Origin: Octopus sinensis
Lineage: Eukaryota
DNA length: 64,000 nucleotides
Direction: 5' to 3'
NCBI RefSeq assembly: GCF_006345805.1
Contig: NC_043014.1
Span: forward strand, 52,328,001 to 52,392,000
Shown: piece by piece, positions 1-13,314 of the stretch
How the letters are laid out: every line of letters begins with the position of its first letter
Position numbering within the stretch: the first letter of the stretch is position 1
The notes under the pieces: generated by a model
The model's database searches: none
Told to the model about the DNA's origin: nothing
Seen by the model: only the letters and a program-made list of their open reading frames with translations
Program-made: the position numbers and the translations under genes

Positions 1-642
1 TTAAATAATTTTTCATTAGATGTTAGATTTCAATCAATTTCCTGTCTAATGACACATTTCGGTTTCATAAATAAATGATATATTTCCTAGTTCAATGCTC
101 CATTATTGTTGTTATTCTTGTTGTAGTTTATGATAACCGCTGCTACTGGTGAAGCTGGCAAAGGTATTGTTGTGTTGTTGTTGTTGCTGTTGTTGCTGTT
201 GTTGTTTTTCGGTTAATACCGTTTTTATTATTGTTTGTCTTATATAGCTATTACATTCAATACATTGTTATTATTTTCCTCGCCTTTTTTTTGCCTTGAA
301 AGACATATCATCGTACATGATGAATGAATCATAATTTTCATGCGGCAAATACAGAGTCAATAAATCTCTCGCACATTATTTTTTTCAATCCTTCAAGATT
401 AGCTCGTTTAACTATTAGCTTATTATAATAGTTATCGTATGTCATCAAGCCATTTCAAATATGTCTCTCGTCATAATTGCTGTATATCGAACGGACCCTG
501 TTATGCCATTTATTAAACAGACATCTATACATTTGCTCTCCGCTCATTTATCGGTTACTGCAGATAATCAATCACCGAAAATGTCTAATCACAAAAACTT
601 CTCTTATCTTTTCTTCACAACAAACTCTTATAGACATATAGA

Positions 643-685
<43 letters not shown>

Positions 686-687
686 AT

Positions 688-864
688 GCGCCGGCGTGGC
701 TGTGTGGTGGTAAGAAGCTTGTTTTGCAAATCACATGTTTCCGGGTTTCAGTCCCACTGCTTGGTACCTTGCTCTAGTTTCTTCTGTCATAGCCGCGGGC
801 TGACTATTCCTTACGAAGTTATCGACCCTGAAAGGATGAAAGACAAACTCGACCTCGACGGAAG
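688..864. mobile_element. Degenerate composite SINE remnant: family A tRNA-like head (+) joined to a family B central segment (-)
   Basis: gcgccggcgtggctgtgtggtggtaagaagctt...ccgggtttcagtcccactgc matches the head of the intact copies at 14388 and 42803; atcgaccctgaaaggatgaaagacaaactcgacctcg matches family B (24542-24580). Confidence 0.7.
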
Positions 865-888
865 ATGTTGTAATGGTTGACACAGTAT

Positions 889-1517
889 AAGCAGCAACCG
901 AAGCTGATCCGCGCTCAAGCTGCAACTGAAGACGATCCGTGTTGTGTTCAAGCATCGATTGAAGATAATCCACGTTCAAGCATCGATGGAAGATGATCCG
1001 CGTTCAAGCAGCAACCGAAGCTGATTCGCGCTCAAGCAGCAAGCGGAGCTGATTCGCGCTCAAGCAGCAAGCGGAGCTGATTCGCGCTCAAGCAGCAAGC
1101 GGAGCTGATTCGCGCTCAAGCAGCAAGCGGAGCCGATTCGCGCTCAAGCAGCAAGCGGAGCCGATTCGCGCTCAAGCAGCAAGCGGAGCCGATTCGCGCT
1201 CAAGCAGCAAGCGGAGCTGATTCGCGCTCAAGCAGCAAGCGGAGCCGATTCGCGCTCAAGCAGCAAGCGGAGCCGATTCGCGCTCAAGCAGCAAGCGGAG
1301 CCGATTCGCGCTCAAGCAGCAAGCGGAGCCGATTCGCGCTCAAGCAGCAAGCGGAGCCGATTCGCGCTCAAGCAGCAAGCCGAGCTGATTCGCGCTCGAG
1401 CAGCAAGCGAAGCTGATCCGCGCTCAAGCAGCAACTGAAGACGATCCGCGTCCAAGCAGCGATTGAAGATGATCTGCGTCCAAATCGCGATTACATATGA
1501 TCCGCGTTCAAGCAGCA
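889..1517. repeat. 28-bp GC/CpG-rich minisatellite, about 22 copies (caagcagcaagcggagcYgattcgcgct)
   Basis: Head-to-tail period of 28 nt read directly; near-identical core at ~1033-1380 with diverged units at both edges; no spacers. Confidence 0.97.
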
Positions 1518-1989
1518 GGGATTTATACGGAGGCTTAATGATATTGATTCACTGTGCATTGATATCTCAAGCAGCAGATTGAAAGTGAATGGAAAATGTA
1601 TGTATGTAGTTCAAGAACTGTCCACCGAGAATAAAGTGCATTCAATAATTCACCAACCAGGCAAATAGACTGCCTATAACAGACGTAAAGTAGGAAACAA
1701 AGAAATAGGTATTACCGAATTAAAATCCAATGTTAAGTCAGAAAAATGTACATCTACACCGAACAAAGATCCTGCTGTAAAATTGGAATAATTCAACAGA
1801 TCCAATTCACATTGATTTTTTCCAGAATATGGAAAAAGCTAGCATGAAAGACCTTTGTCCAAAACTAGAAAGTGTCAAAAGACAACCAACTGGAGTCACC
1901 AGAGCGAAAGTCATCTCGCAATATGCTAATGCACACACACACACACACACTATATATATATATATATATACGGGTGTGTGTGATTGTGT

Positions 1990-3272
1990 ATAGAAGAATA
2001 TATTAATAAAAGGAATTCCAACCTTGTCTGATTTTCACGTTTTATTTACAATCTTATAATATAATATAATAAAATAATAGAATTTTGAATGTTCATTCTG
2101 ATTGAACTTTCATGCATTAAAGTCTGCAATCTTCAGGTTCATGTAGTAGTGGTGACAATCATGCTTCAACATTTTTGACTGCAGCGAGATGATTGAATCT
2201 GTGCCTTAAATACAGCTGTGTGGGCTCCAGATTGCTAGGTTTTGCAAACTGTATTCTGACCAATCAGTGTGTAGTATCACTCAATTACTTAAGCTGATTG
2301 GTTGGTTGAGCCGATTGGTTTAGGCGTCACGCTTTGTTGGACATATCAGGAGTCCTGTATCTTAACCCTGGTCGAGGCAGCAATTGTTGGGCTATTTTTA
2401 GAAATGTTGTAAATAGCCTTTGTCAGAGATTTTTATATTTTTATATTTCAATTGTCATCATCATCATTGTCAGCACCTTAATTATTGTTGCTAGTGGTGA
2501 TGGTGGTGGCAATAGAACTTTTAACCCTAAATAAGATAATTTTCCCGCTATCTAAGTATTATTATTATTGCTTATTTAGCTTGGGTTCGAATTTATCAAT
2601 AAAATTCTTTTCTCTGATTCTCCTCTCGATTTCTCTTGGGCTTTGTAATTTGTAGAATGGAAATATTATATCTATTTTCCGACGACATGTTGCTAGGTGG
2701 TTACTCTAAGGTATCTGACGGACCTATTGGTCTCTAATCTGTTGTCGGTGTACACGTGAGCGATCTGATAGTGCGTTTCCCCTCTGACCTACATATATTT
2801 CTTCACAATTTGGGCATTTGATGCAGTAAATTAAATTTTTGCTTTTGAAGTTCATATTCGCGTTTGTGAATATTTTCCCGGTTTTTGTGTTTATATATTG
2901 GCCGGTATGTATGAATTGGCATGTGCCACAACGGCTATCATTGCATTTAGATACAGTGAATGTTTGGTCCTCGTTGCTAAGGTCAAATTTTGCCTTTGTT
3001 AGTAATTAGTAATTTTTCCACGTTTTTAGGCTGTCTTTTACTAAGAACCATAGCTCGATCCGTGATTATATCTTTTAATTCATTACTTTGAGCAATGATT
3101 GGTAGGTTTTCTTTGGCAATGTTGAAGATATTCTGGTGACATGGGTTGTGTGTCACTATGAATGGTATGACTTGTTCTTGCTTTCCTCTTCCTTGGGTTG
3201 TCCTAAGTTGTTGTATGTGTATTTTTATAGCCCGCTGTATGCCATTTTCTATAAGTAGAGATGGGTATTTTT
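1990..3272 (-). mobile_element. 5'-truncated Penelope-like retroelement (PLE): linker, GIY-YIG endonuclease and 3' non-coding end
   Basis: Manual minus-strand translation 3272->2565: KYPSLLIENGIQRA...IPFIVTHNP...SKRQPKNVEKLL/(frameshift)TKAKF...SKCNDSRCGTCQFI...KSKNLIYCIKCPNCEEIYVGQRGNALSDRSRVHRQQI...REKNFIDKFEPKLNKQ*. This has the Cys linker and the GIY-YIG motifs (LIY...YVGQ) typical of PLEs. One frameshift and two internal stops; microsatellites on both flanks. Confidence 0.9.
2103..2141 (-). ncRNA. Degenerate hammerhead-core motif in the PLE 3' end
   Basis: Minus strand: UGAAC-CUGAAGA-U-UGCA-gacuuuaa-UGCA-U-GAAA-GUUCA. Both core boxes and a helix II are present; helix III and the cleavage site are missing or decayed. 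Lies ~425 nt downstream of the GIY-YIG stop. Confidence 0.45.
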
Positions 3273-3280
3273 GTAACTAT

Positions 3281-3317
<37 letters not shown>

Positions 3318-4270
3318 CCCCGCTGTACAGTGGATCTCACAAGAGATAACGCTGTAAATAATACCATGTAAATATTACCTTTAACTATATATATATGTGT
3401 ATGCACATACATACATACACACACATCAAGTATATGCCTACATAAACATACACAGGCAGAAACATAGTCGTGTTTCCAATCATAACCATGTAACTATATA
3501 AATAACAAAAAGCATAATTTATAAAAACAATATTGGCGTTCACATAAAGTTGTTGTTGTCTGAAGATTGGATCTGGTGAAATTTACACACAAAAACACAC
3601 ACACACACACATACGTGTATTATATATATATATATATATGTGTGTGTGGTGTGTGTGTTGTGTGTGTGTGTGTGATTGTGCATATATACGTCAGTGTACT
3701 TGTTTTTTTTTCTTTTGTATTTATAATACGTCGATCAATATATGTGTGTTTCATGTGTCTTACTTTACTTAACCAACCTATATTCACCAAAAATGTTCTG
3801 TTTAACTCAACGTTAAATTCAAACAGAATTTTTGTTCACTTCTCAAACTTTAATAAACTTAGATTCGTCTTTTTTTTTTAAATTTTAACTTTTTTCCGAA
3901 TATTTTTCTCACAAAATTCTTGACAACTCGTATATTCTGTCGACGTTTTATCACTGCTTTCATTTTCAGTTTTATTTTTGTATCATTCCAAACGTTTTGT
4001 TTCTTTTTACAGATTTACCTCATTTTCTTCTGGCTTTGTCGTCATGAATTCCATTCACTTATTCATTATTTTTCTGGTTATCTAGACTCGTCACATGCCT
4101 CTTAGTTCGAACTTCTTTGAACGTTGTCTACTGTTATTTAAGGTTTTCGTTTGATTTCAATTTTGAAAGTATCTTTGGAGTAACACCATTACTTCCCAGG
4201 AACTATCTGGGCAACAGTGCCATCCAAACTCCCACATACCACTCTCTCTCTCTCTCTTATACATTATATA

Positions 4271-4311
<41 letters not shown>

Positions 4312-4504
4312 TACTTATTTGTATATTTATATATATATACACGCGAATATCACCTATAATATATATACCCATAAATACATACATAAATATATATATATAT
4401 ATATATATACTTATTTGTATATTTATTTATATATACACGCGAATATCACCTATAATTATATATACCCATAAATATATTATATATATATATATATATATAA
4501 TATA

Positions 4505-5135
4505 TATCGGAGTAATTTATTTGGCTTCTAAGGCGGCGAGCTGGCAAAAACGTTAGCCCGCTAGGCGAAATGCTTATCTGTCTTTACGTTCTGAGTTCAA
4601 ATTCTACCCAAGTCGACTTTGCTTTTCATTCTTTCAAGATCGATAAATTAAGTACCAGTTGCGTATTGGAGTCGATCTAATCGACTGGCGTTGTGCCCAG
4701 AGTAGAAAAGAATTTATTTGGCTTCTTGACTGCTTCTATTCCTCTGTGCCAGTCTAAGCCACTGATCTCTAATGAGGCTGGTTATGTCATGGAAATGTCT
4801 GTTGCAAAGTTCACAATGGATCCGTGTGGAGGCCTTGGTTGTTGCAGCGCCCACTTTTTGTTTGTTGCCGTTTCTCTTCTTTCCTCTGTCGTTCAGCTTC
4901 AAAATGATCGGTCTTAGTAGAGCTGGAATGATGCCAGCCGGGCCTGTCTTGATCTTTAATGTCCCAGGCTTTGGGATAGATTCCAGTGAGTTTTGGGATT
5001 TGCTTCAACTGGTCCTTCTATAGACGGAGGGGACATTCACGGGATCATCTTCCAGTGGAAAGTTCAACAATTTGACGCGGCAACCTGCTCTCTTTCATTC
5101 TCGCTACGTGGCCCACTCAGACGAATTTACAGGAG
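4505..5135 (-). mobile_element. RTE-clade LINE 3' fragment (pseudogenised ORF C-terminus)
   Basis: Minus translation *VGHVARMKESRLPRQIVELSTGR*SRECPLRL*KDQLKQIPKLTGIYPKAWDIKDQDRPGWHHS...FEAERQRKEEKRQ.../HCELCNRHF follows the RTE C-terminal pattern (WxGHVxRM..RLPKQ..GEL..G.R..GRP...KD.LK...W...A.DR..WR, then CxxC). Confidence 0.88.
4532..4710 (+). mobile_element. SINE family B with 16-bp target-site duplication, nested in the RTE 3' end
   Basis: Head ggcggcgagctggcaaaaacgttag, B-box-like gagttcaaattc, central cttttcattctttcaagatcgataaattaagtaccag; TSD aatttatttggcttct at 4514-4529 and 4711-4726. Confidence 0.9.
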
Positions 5136-6106
5136 CGCAAGTGGTAATGTCGAAATATATGTAAACACGTCTATCTTTGACGGTGTACGATGAAATACCA
5201 AACACATCGGGCACTGCAGTTTACAGCATTTATTTTAAGTAAATGAAATACAGAGTTATCTCCGTACTCCTCCATCGGAATTGTTTCCATAATGATTTAT
5301 TCCCATCTCTACTGCTATTATTTGCATTCATTGAAATGTACTCCTTGGACTTATATAGATTGACGAATATTTTCATTCTGAAATGGGCAGCCCAGAGCGG
5401 ACCTAAACGCAGTGTTGTACTACCAGCGAATGAGGACTTCGCATGAGAGTCGCCACTGTTTGTCATTGCATTGTCTCTCATCATCTGATACCAGGTTTCA
5501 CTTTGGTGAGGGTCTTTCTGCATTTGATTATTAGAGTTTGGAACATCCCACAAGCAATCTCCCGACGGAAGAATGCAATACTTTAAAGCGCTGAGTGTAA
5601 ACGACATTCCGTTAATCTTCTCACCCAAACTTGCAGTTCTTCGATCGCTTTTCTAAAAGAAACGTATACTTAATGTTATAATATTATTCAGAATCGCGTA
5701 GCATACATAAAAACTAATCAAAACAAGGCATGGACAAGAATTCTAGAGTAATTTCGAGTTGTTGAAATATTTTGGTGGAAGTGCAACTTGGGTAGTTGAC
5801 GGTGAAACATTAACGAGGATAATTTAATGCCAAGCTCGTGTAGGATATAATGGTGTTCAGTGTTACGTATAATGTATTAATTAAATTAATACCTGAACAT
5901 TAGGTTACTATAAAAGTTAATATTAAAATTTGCATTGAACAAAGTAAGCTGGACTAACTGATGGAAATCCTATCAGATTTAACTTTGCTTTTATTTTCCT
6001 CGAGAGATCGATAAAATACTATTGAAATATGCAGTACCATGTGCGACCATAATCAATAATACCCATTCTCTCAAATGTAAGAAACGATTACTGATATTAT
6101 AAATAA

Positions 6107-6140
<34 letters not shown>

Positions 6141-6590
6141 GTACTCGTCTGTGTGTACATACATACATACATACACACTATGTAAAGGTATTTACACGAT
6201 AATAATCTGAATAATTGCGAAGAAATGTGTTAATAATTTTTCCATTATAAATTCTGTTTCTTCTCTATTTTTTTTCTTCTTTTCATGAAACGCATAAAGT
6301 TACTTAATGGAAAGCATAAATGTGTAGAACAAATTTTACTTCACTATTCATTATCTCATAGTATAGCCTCGTTTCCACTTACACAACGGCATGTATTAGA
6401 GAAATTAGACTATATAATCGTTTTTACATATATTTTTCATGTAAGTAACGAGTCTTGTATAAAGCCCAATCTGTTAGAGATATGTGTGTGTGTGTGTATG
6501 AGAGAGAGAGAAAGAAAGCGAGACAGACATGTTCAAGAAGTTTCAAATGCATTAGGAGTCTCATGGTATATGCTTAATATCTTAATCGGT

Positions 6591-6644
<54 letters not shown>

Positions 6645-6844
6645 TACAGTGAGAAAGAGAGTTAGATAGACAGGTAATGAATAGGGAGAATTATACTCCG
6701 TATATAGCACAACTATTTAGTGCTCGAAGTTAATTGGGCTATTGCAATACGCACACACATATATATATATATATACACACACACATAGTAAATGGTGCTG
6801 CCCCAGCATGGCCACATCTGATGAGCTGAAAGTGGTTCAGTTCA

Positions 6845-6893
<49 letters not shown>

Positions 6894-6906
6894 TATATAT
6901 ATATAT

Positions 6907-6944
<38 letters not shown>

Positions 6945-7033
6945 TTTATATGGAGATAGATATAGATAGGTAGGTAGGTTTATATACGGGGTGCATTCCA
7001 TAAGCTTAGAAACACTTATCAGGCAGACACACG

Positions 7034-7071
<38 letters not shown>

Positions 7072-7073
7072 TA

Positions 7074-7238
7074 CGACAGGCTTCTGTCAGTTTCCGTCTA
7101 CCAAATCCACTCACAAGGCTTTGGTCGGCCTGAGGCTATAGTAGAAGACACTTGCCCAAGGTGCCATGCAGTGGGACTGAACCCGGAACCATGTGGTTCG
7201 TAAGCAAAGCTACTTACCACACAGCCACTCCTACGCCT
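7074..7238 (-). mobile_element. SINE family A, 5' half (tRNA-like head and CORE-like block)
   Basis: Reverse complement of ggcgtaggagtggctgtgtggtaag...ccgggttcagtccc...ggcaccttgggcaagtgtctt; ends in a (TA)n tract. Confidence 0.9.
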
Positions 7239-10039
7239 ATATATAATTTTTATTGTTGTGTGAAGGGAGAATCATTACGCCGATATTGATAAAACCTACA
7301 TACAGTGACACACAGACACACACACGATTCGTTCTGCACACCGATGAATGGAAGTGATTTCCGTGCAAATTCTCGTAATTATGTTCTACACTAATGGAAA
7401 GAGAAAAACCTTTTCCTTCGTTTCTAATATCTTCTCAGTCTCCTTTTATATACGGTAATTAATTTTCGTTTATAGCTGCCAGATATATATTATTCTCTTT
7501 ATATCGAAAATAATTATTCGTTTTGAATAAAAACTTTTAACACTACCTTCCCAAAGTCCCGAACTCCACCACATCTTCCCGTCTACCTGAGTGCAGATTG
7601 CTCCACATCTAAACGAACGAGTGTTTATACCATGTTTATGACGCATAATTACTACGTCAGCAGAAATCTATGTGGAACAATGCCTAGAGATAGATCATCG
7701 CTTACACTTTCACTATTGTCGGATGCGTTCTCGTTGTCAGAGAAAGCAAACTTCCGATAAACGAAACGTTTCCATTATCCGATATTGATATTTAAACCAT
7801 TACGTGGTCTTGTTTTGAATATGAAGCTATTATTCGTAGTATTTCCGGTTCCCTTCAGCATCAGTAAGCGCACGGATGATCCGCGGGTCAAAGTTTGTGT
7901 TGTGCATCGAATATCAACGCAAAGGAATCCGACTTTGGATAGAATATCAACAAGAAATGCTGTAGTTTACAAGATCTATCGCAGAAGTGCAGAACATTCC
8001 TCGTATTAATTACCATTATTGAAATCTCATGTTTGTGTCGCTGTTGTAGATCTTTCTGCTGCTATCAATATTTTGCGAACATTAGATCCATAGCATTTCG
8101 ACCATGACCAATGTGTCCGCAAAGTTATTATATTTTGCTGTTCTTTCTAGCACATTAAGAAAACAATATAATGGCTGTCTCAGTAAGTCGTTTTCATTTT
8201 GCTTCATGTTTTACTTATCACACTAACCAGACTGCACCCATCTTGGAGTACCGCCTTCATGAGTATGAGTCGGACAACTTGATCCTAACATATTTATCTG
8301 AAAATATGGTAATTATTACGTCCGTCGGTTTGCTGAACCGCTAGTTAACGTTATCGGAAGTGTGCCGACCCCAGTTTTCAAGCAGTGGTGTGGATAGTAC
8401 CATCAGGGCACCTCATGTTGGGTAAGTCAACGTCAGCCGTCAGGAATATAGTGCTATGTTGATCCAATTATGGTTGTTATGCAACCATCATATATTATGA
8501 ATTATATCTAATGATGTTCTTATTAATCATGAGGACGTTCTTCCGCTTTAGCAGCGTACTTTTACATCATTTATTAAGGTTATCTCTGATAGTGGCAATG
8601 TATTCGAGGATGATTAATGTCTAAGATGGGCGCTGATGACTGGACGAAAACACAAGAAATATGGCATATATGCCCATTACCCATTTTCGATTTCATTGTC
8701 TATATACATCTGACGTCTAGTATACGTTACGCAACAACAAGAAACAGTGCTGGCTATAATATTTGTAGAGATAACCTCAATAAATCATATATTTATATAA
8801 ATATGTATATTAATACATATATATATACGCATACATATATGTAGTTATACACACGTAATAATATCAAATATGCACATTGATCATACGTATGTGATCTGAT
8901 ACTAACCACTCGTTGTCTAAAAAAAATCAGCTAGCCTAATCTGTTTTATTTCCTGTGGTCTTTGACATGCAAACGTCCAGTGGATAAATTTTCAGTGATC
9001 GTACACACTCTCAACGGTCCACGATAACCTTGTGAATAAGCTGGAATAACATTTTGCTTCTCTTCCGCTGAATACTTTTTAATTTTATTCCATTTCTATA
9101 AATTTTAGTCAAATATGTTTTCCCCATTAATGTTAGTTACAAATCTTTCTAATATTTAAACGTAACTTTTGCTTCATTAAACTCAACATGTTACAACTAT
9201 TTTTTTCAGATTAAAATAAAATATGAATAAACGCGAAACATCTGATATCCTGGGTTAGCAATAAAACGAAAATAATGCATATATTGGTGATAATTTGTAC
9301 AGGAAATAGGCAGGGAGCTTGCAGAGTAATTAGGGCCCCGGACAAAATGCTTAGCAGCATTTTGTCTCTATTCCACCAATGTCAACTTTACCTAACGGCC
9401 ACCCGCGATCAATAAGAGTACAACTTGAGCAGTGAGATCGATGGAATCGACCTACCCTCTCCTCTAACCTTCAGGTTTTGAGTGTATAGGTGAAAGGAAT
9501 AAGTTGTAAATGAAACAATTATAATTGGGTGGAACATCAAAAATTGTTTTCTCATCTTTTCATGATGAGAGATATTTATTATAAGTAGTTTTTTTATTTC
9601 CAAATGCCTTGGTAGATTTATTGTTCGGCTTTACAAAATTTGATGTTTTGCAACAGATATGTGGAAAATGCCAAAACTTACCAAAATTTATATCTGATTA
9701 GATTCGAATATGCATACGAATAGCTGAACTCCAGAAGCTGTGAAATTGTTTCATTTATTTTTACAATACATAGAAATATATCATATTAATATTTACCAGC
9801 TTTTCATCGAAATAAGATGATATTTTCAATTATAAAATACAAATTCTTCTATTCAATCAAACTATTCTATATTGATGGTATAAAGGGAGATTTTTAGTTA
9901 CAGTAATACGAATCGTTTACAATTCTTTCGTCTTCATTTCTCTTGCCAGTTCATCTTAAAACTGTCTCCAAATTTTTTTTCTTCCACAAATTGTTTATTT
10001 ATTTCAGAATTCACCAATTCGACTTGCTGGAGTTCCTTT

Positions 10040-10240
10040 TTATTTTTTCATTTTATTTTATTTTATTTATTTATTCTTTCATTTTATTTTATTTTTTCAT
10101 TTATTCTTTCATTTATTTTTTCATTCATTCATTCATTTATTTTTTCATTCATTCATTCATTCATTTATTTTTTCATTCATTCATTCATTCATTTATTCAT
10201 TCATTCATTCATTTATTTATTTATTTATTTATTTATTTAT
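10040..10240. repeat. (ATTT)/(ATTC)n compound microsatellite
   Basis: Direct reading; source of spurious ORF 9943-10296. Confidence 0.95.
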
Positions 10241-10821
10241 TTGTTTGTCGATCATGCTATCATAAAACTTGTTCAACTGTTCAGAAACTGCTCTAAGATA
10301 CTTTTGTGAACCAAATGCTTTCCTGAACTAGTTAACAAAATTAATGATTTTGTTTTATTTTCTGTGCTTCTTTAATTTTCAATGGCGTCTTTTTTTTAAA
10401 TTGCATTATTTTCACCAGGAAACCCTACACGTGACAATCTTGTTATAAGAACCTTACAGCGTTCTGTAAAATAAGGTCGTTGTACTTTTACACAAACCCT
10501 TCGTACACTTTTGCGAATAACCTTCATTTAACAGGTTAAAATCCTGAATATTAGTAAATTAATGAGTTTTGCTTTATCCATAATGATTCTAAAGTTAGGT
10601 TTTTGAATTACTTTCTACTGGCATAACGAAACCCCATCACTTTCGCATTCATCAGAGTTTGGAAAGGGTCGATTGGATTCTTAGATACGACGCTGTTACG
10701 AAAGAGGTTTATTTTGCCTAATAATTCCCATCTGTAATAATTTATGGAAGTTCTACGATAGGTGACCTTGGCAACAACATTATGGTCCCTCATACCGATT
10801 ACATTCTATTTTTTTCCTTCT

Positions 10822-11239
10822 TCACGTTGCAGTCATTTGACTGCGGCCATGTTGTATTGCCTTGTGGGGGTTTAGTCCAACAAATGGATCCCAGGACTTA
10901 CATTTTTTAAGCCCATTACTTATTTTATCGGTCTTTATTGCAGAGCCGCTAAGTTGCGGGGACGTAAACATACCAACACTCGTTGCCAAGTCGTGGTGGG
11001 TGACATACACCGACATAAAAACACACGCGCACATACGTATGTTTGTATGTATTGCATGGATGTATATGCGTATGTATGTATGCGACGTTCAGTTTCCATC
11101 TACGAAATCTACTCACAAGGCTTTGGAAGAACATGGCTATGACAGAAGATACTTGACCAAAGTGTCGCGCAGTCGAACTGAAGTCGAAACCATGTGGTGG
11201 GGAAGCAAGCTCTTTTACCACATGGCTTCTATTGCGCCT
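10822..11239 (-). mobile_element. SINE family A, diverged full-length copy
   Basis: Tail cagtcatttgactgcggccatg...gagccgctaagttgcggggacgtaaac, internal microsatellite, head ...ccatgtggtggggaagcaagc...gcgcc. Confidence 0.85.
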
Positions 11240-11914
11240 CTATGTATTATTTTTCCCTAAAAGGTTTCACGATGGAAAAAGCACTATTTTTAGCTAAAAT
11301 ATATATTTTGATTCTTTGTTTACTTTATTTTTTTGGATTTTCTCTTAAGATTACATGATATACATCAGTAGATATACGAATAGAACAAAAAAAATTGATT
11401 TGGAATTATGGCAGGCGTTCCATATAATAGCCGCATAATGTGTGTGAGCGTCATTTCACTTGATGCAAGACTCAAATGAATTTGCTTTCAATAAAAAAAA
11501 CAACAGCACATTGTTTTCTCATCACAGATCTGTTCAGGTGTACTTGAAACTGATTCCACAATAGAATGAACAAGACAGATAATTTAGAATCAATGTGTCA
11601 GGTGTAACCAAAATCATAAAAGACCAGAGAGAAAATGGTGTCCTGTCATGGATGCTAGGCTTTATCCTTCACACCATACTCTGAGTGCTAAATAATTTGC
11701 CTGATGTTAACTGCATTGAAAATATTCCGCCAAGATTTCCAACATAGTCATAAATAACCCAGTTTTAGTCATCGATCACAGAGACCCCGAAATGTGTCAT
11801 AGGGACAGCTCCAACTCCATTTCCGATTAAAAGTTAAGACGAAATTTTCAAAAGCCACCCACACGTAGAATTTCATCTGTGCATTTTGGTTCTTTAATAT
11901 AAATTCAAATCAAG

Positions 11915-12110
11915 GCAGCATACTTGCGGAATCGTTAGCAGGCCGGGCATAATGCTCAGCGGCATTTCGTCCCTTTATATACATTCTAATTTCAAATTCT
12001 ACATCGGTCGATTTCCTCTTTCATCCTTGTGGGGTAGATAAATCAAGTATCAATCAACTTACTCCATGCCCTAAATTGCTAGCCTTGCGCCAAAATTTGG
12101 AACCGATATC
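11915..12110 (+). mobile_element. SINE family B, diverged
   Basis: gcggaatcgttagcaggccgggcataatgctcagcggcatttcgtc...tttcatccttgtggggtagataaatcaagta. Confidence 0.7.
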
Positions 12111-12542
12111 AATTTGAATTATTCATTTGGCCCAAAATTTCGTCAAATAAACATAACGTATCTGCACACTCATTGTGCGTACCACGTCAAAGTAAAGAGA
12201 TTTACAACGTTTATGTGGAGTAAAATATTGACTCAAGATTATTGTGGCTTGCCATAAAATACTTTCTACATTGTCTTGCGAAAATACAGTAAATCATGAG
12301 AGGAAACCTGAGAGGAGTGATGAGTTATTGCTCGATAATTAATCAAAAGGAGAATTTGTGCATTGTTGATTTAGTGTCTTGACGTAAGAATTGGAAAATC
12401 TAAATTTTTAATATCTCGCCCTTCAATAAAGAACATGAAAAATAAGAAATGAACTGTCAAAAGAGAAAAGCATTAATGGCTGGCAAATCCGCATAGTGCG
12501 ACTGGAAAACAAATGGCTTACATTCCGCAGAACTGCTGGAGA

Positions 12543-12578
<36 letters not shown>

Positions 12579-12714
12579 TCACGGGCAGCTAGACAGAAAT
12601 ATAGAGAGCTATATAGACACATACATAGCTATAGAGATAGCGATCGAAATAAGGACATATAGTTGTGTTTAGAGAGAGAGTAAAGAAATAAATACGCAAC
12701 TTGCGGGTGTCTAT

Positions 12715-12755
<41 letters not shown>

Positions 12756-13314
12756 CCATGTGTTAGATCACACATTTTAGCTATAATTTATCAACCACCA
12801 TAGTATATTTCATTTATTGATGACTTCACTATCAAATGTAGTCTCATGTAGCTTTTTAGTAATAATCTCTGCTATCCAATACATAATTTCCTCCAAAGGA
12901 ATCATACAAGATGGGTTTTTTTCCTCATGCAAACAACGTTCAATTATTTTCTATATTTGCATCTAAATTTATCTGAAAATCTTATTTGCTTCAAAATTTC
13001 AACAACGTGTTTTCGCTCCTCCTATTTTCCCATCCAAATGGCGGTTTCTTATTTTACTTTAGCTTTGTTTTCGTTACAATAGTGTTCATTAAATAATTTA
13101 TCACCATCTACAAGTATGGAGAATAGCATGACGTTTTGTTTTCATATCCTACGACGTGACGCTATTTTTCAATGTATTTCTTTCAGTATATGAATGAACA
13201 TTATAAGCGTGGATATTTGTAAACATTTTTTTATTGCACTCTTTTCTGTATAAATCCAAATTATAACAGGCATTCATAGATATTTAAATTTACATTCGTT
13301 TCTATAAGAAACGT

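Noticed and set aside
889-1517. 28-bp repeats as a CRISPR array or coding repeat
   Set aside because: Units are contiguous with no spacers, there are no cas genes, the context is eukaryotic, and the period is not a multiple of 3.
6812-6836. ctgatgagctgaaa as a hammerhead
   Set aside because: Only 3 nt lie between the boxes, so there is no helix II; it is a SINE tail remnant.
10630-10662. Minus-strand ctgatgaatgcgaaa, and similar ctgatga...gaaa at 8633 and 41206, as hammerheads
   Set aside because: No helix II and no helix III/NUH geometry.
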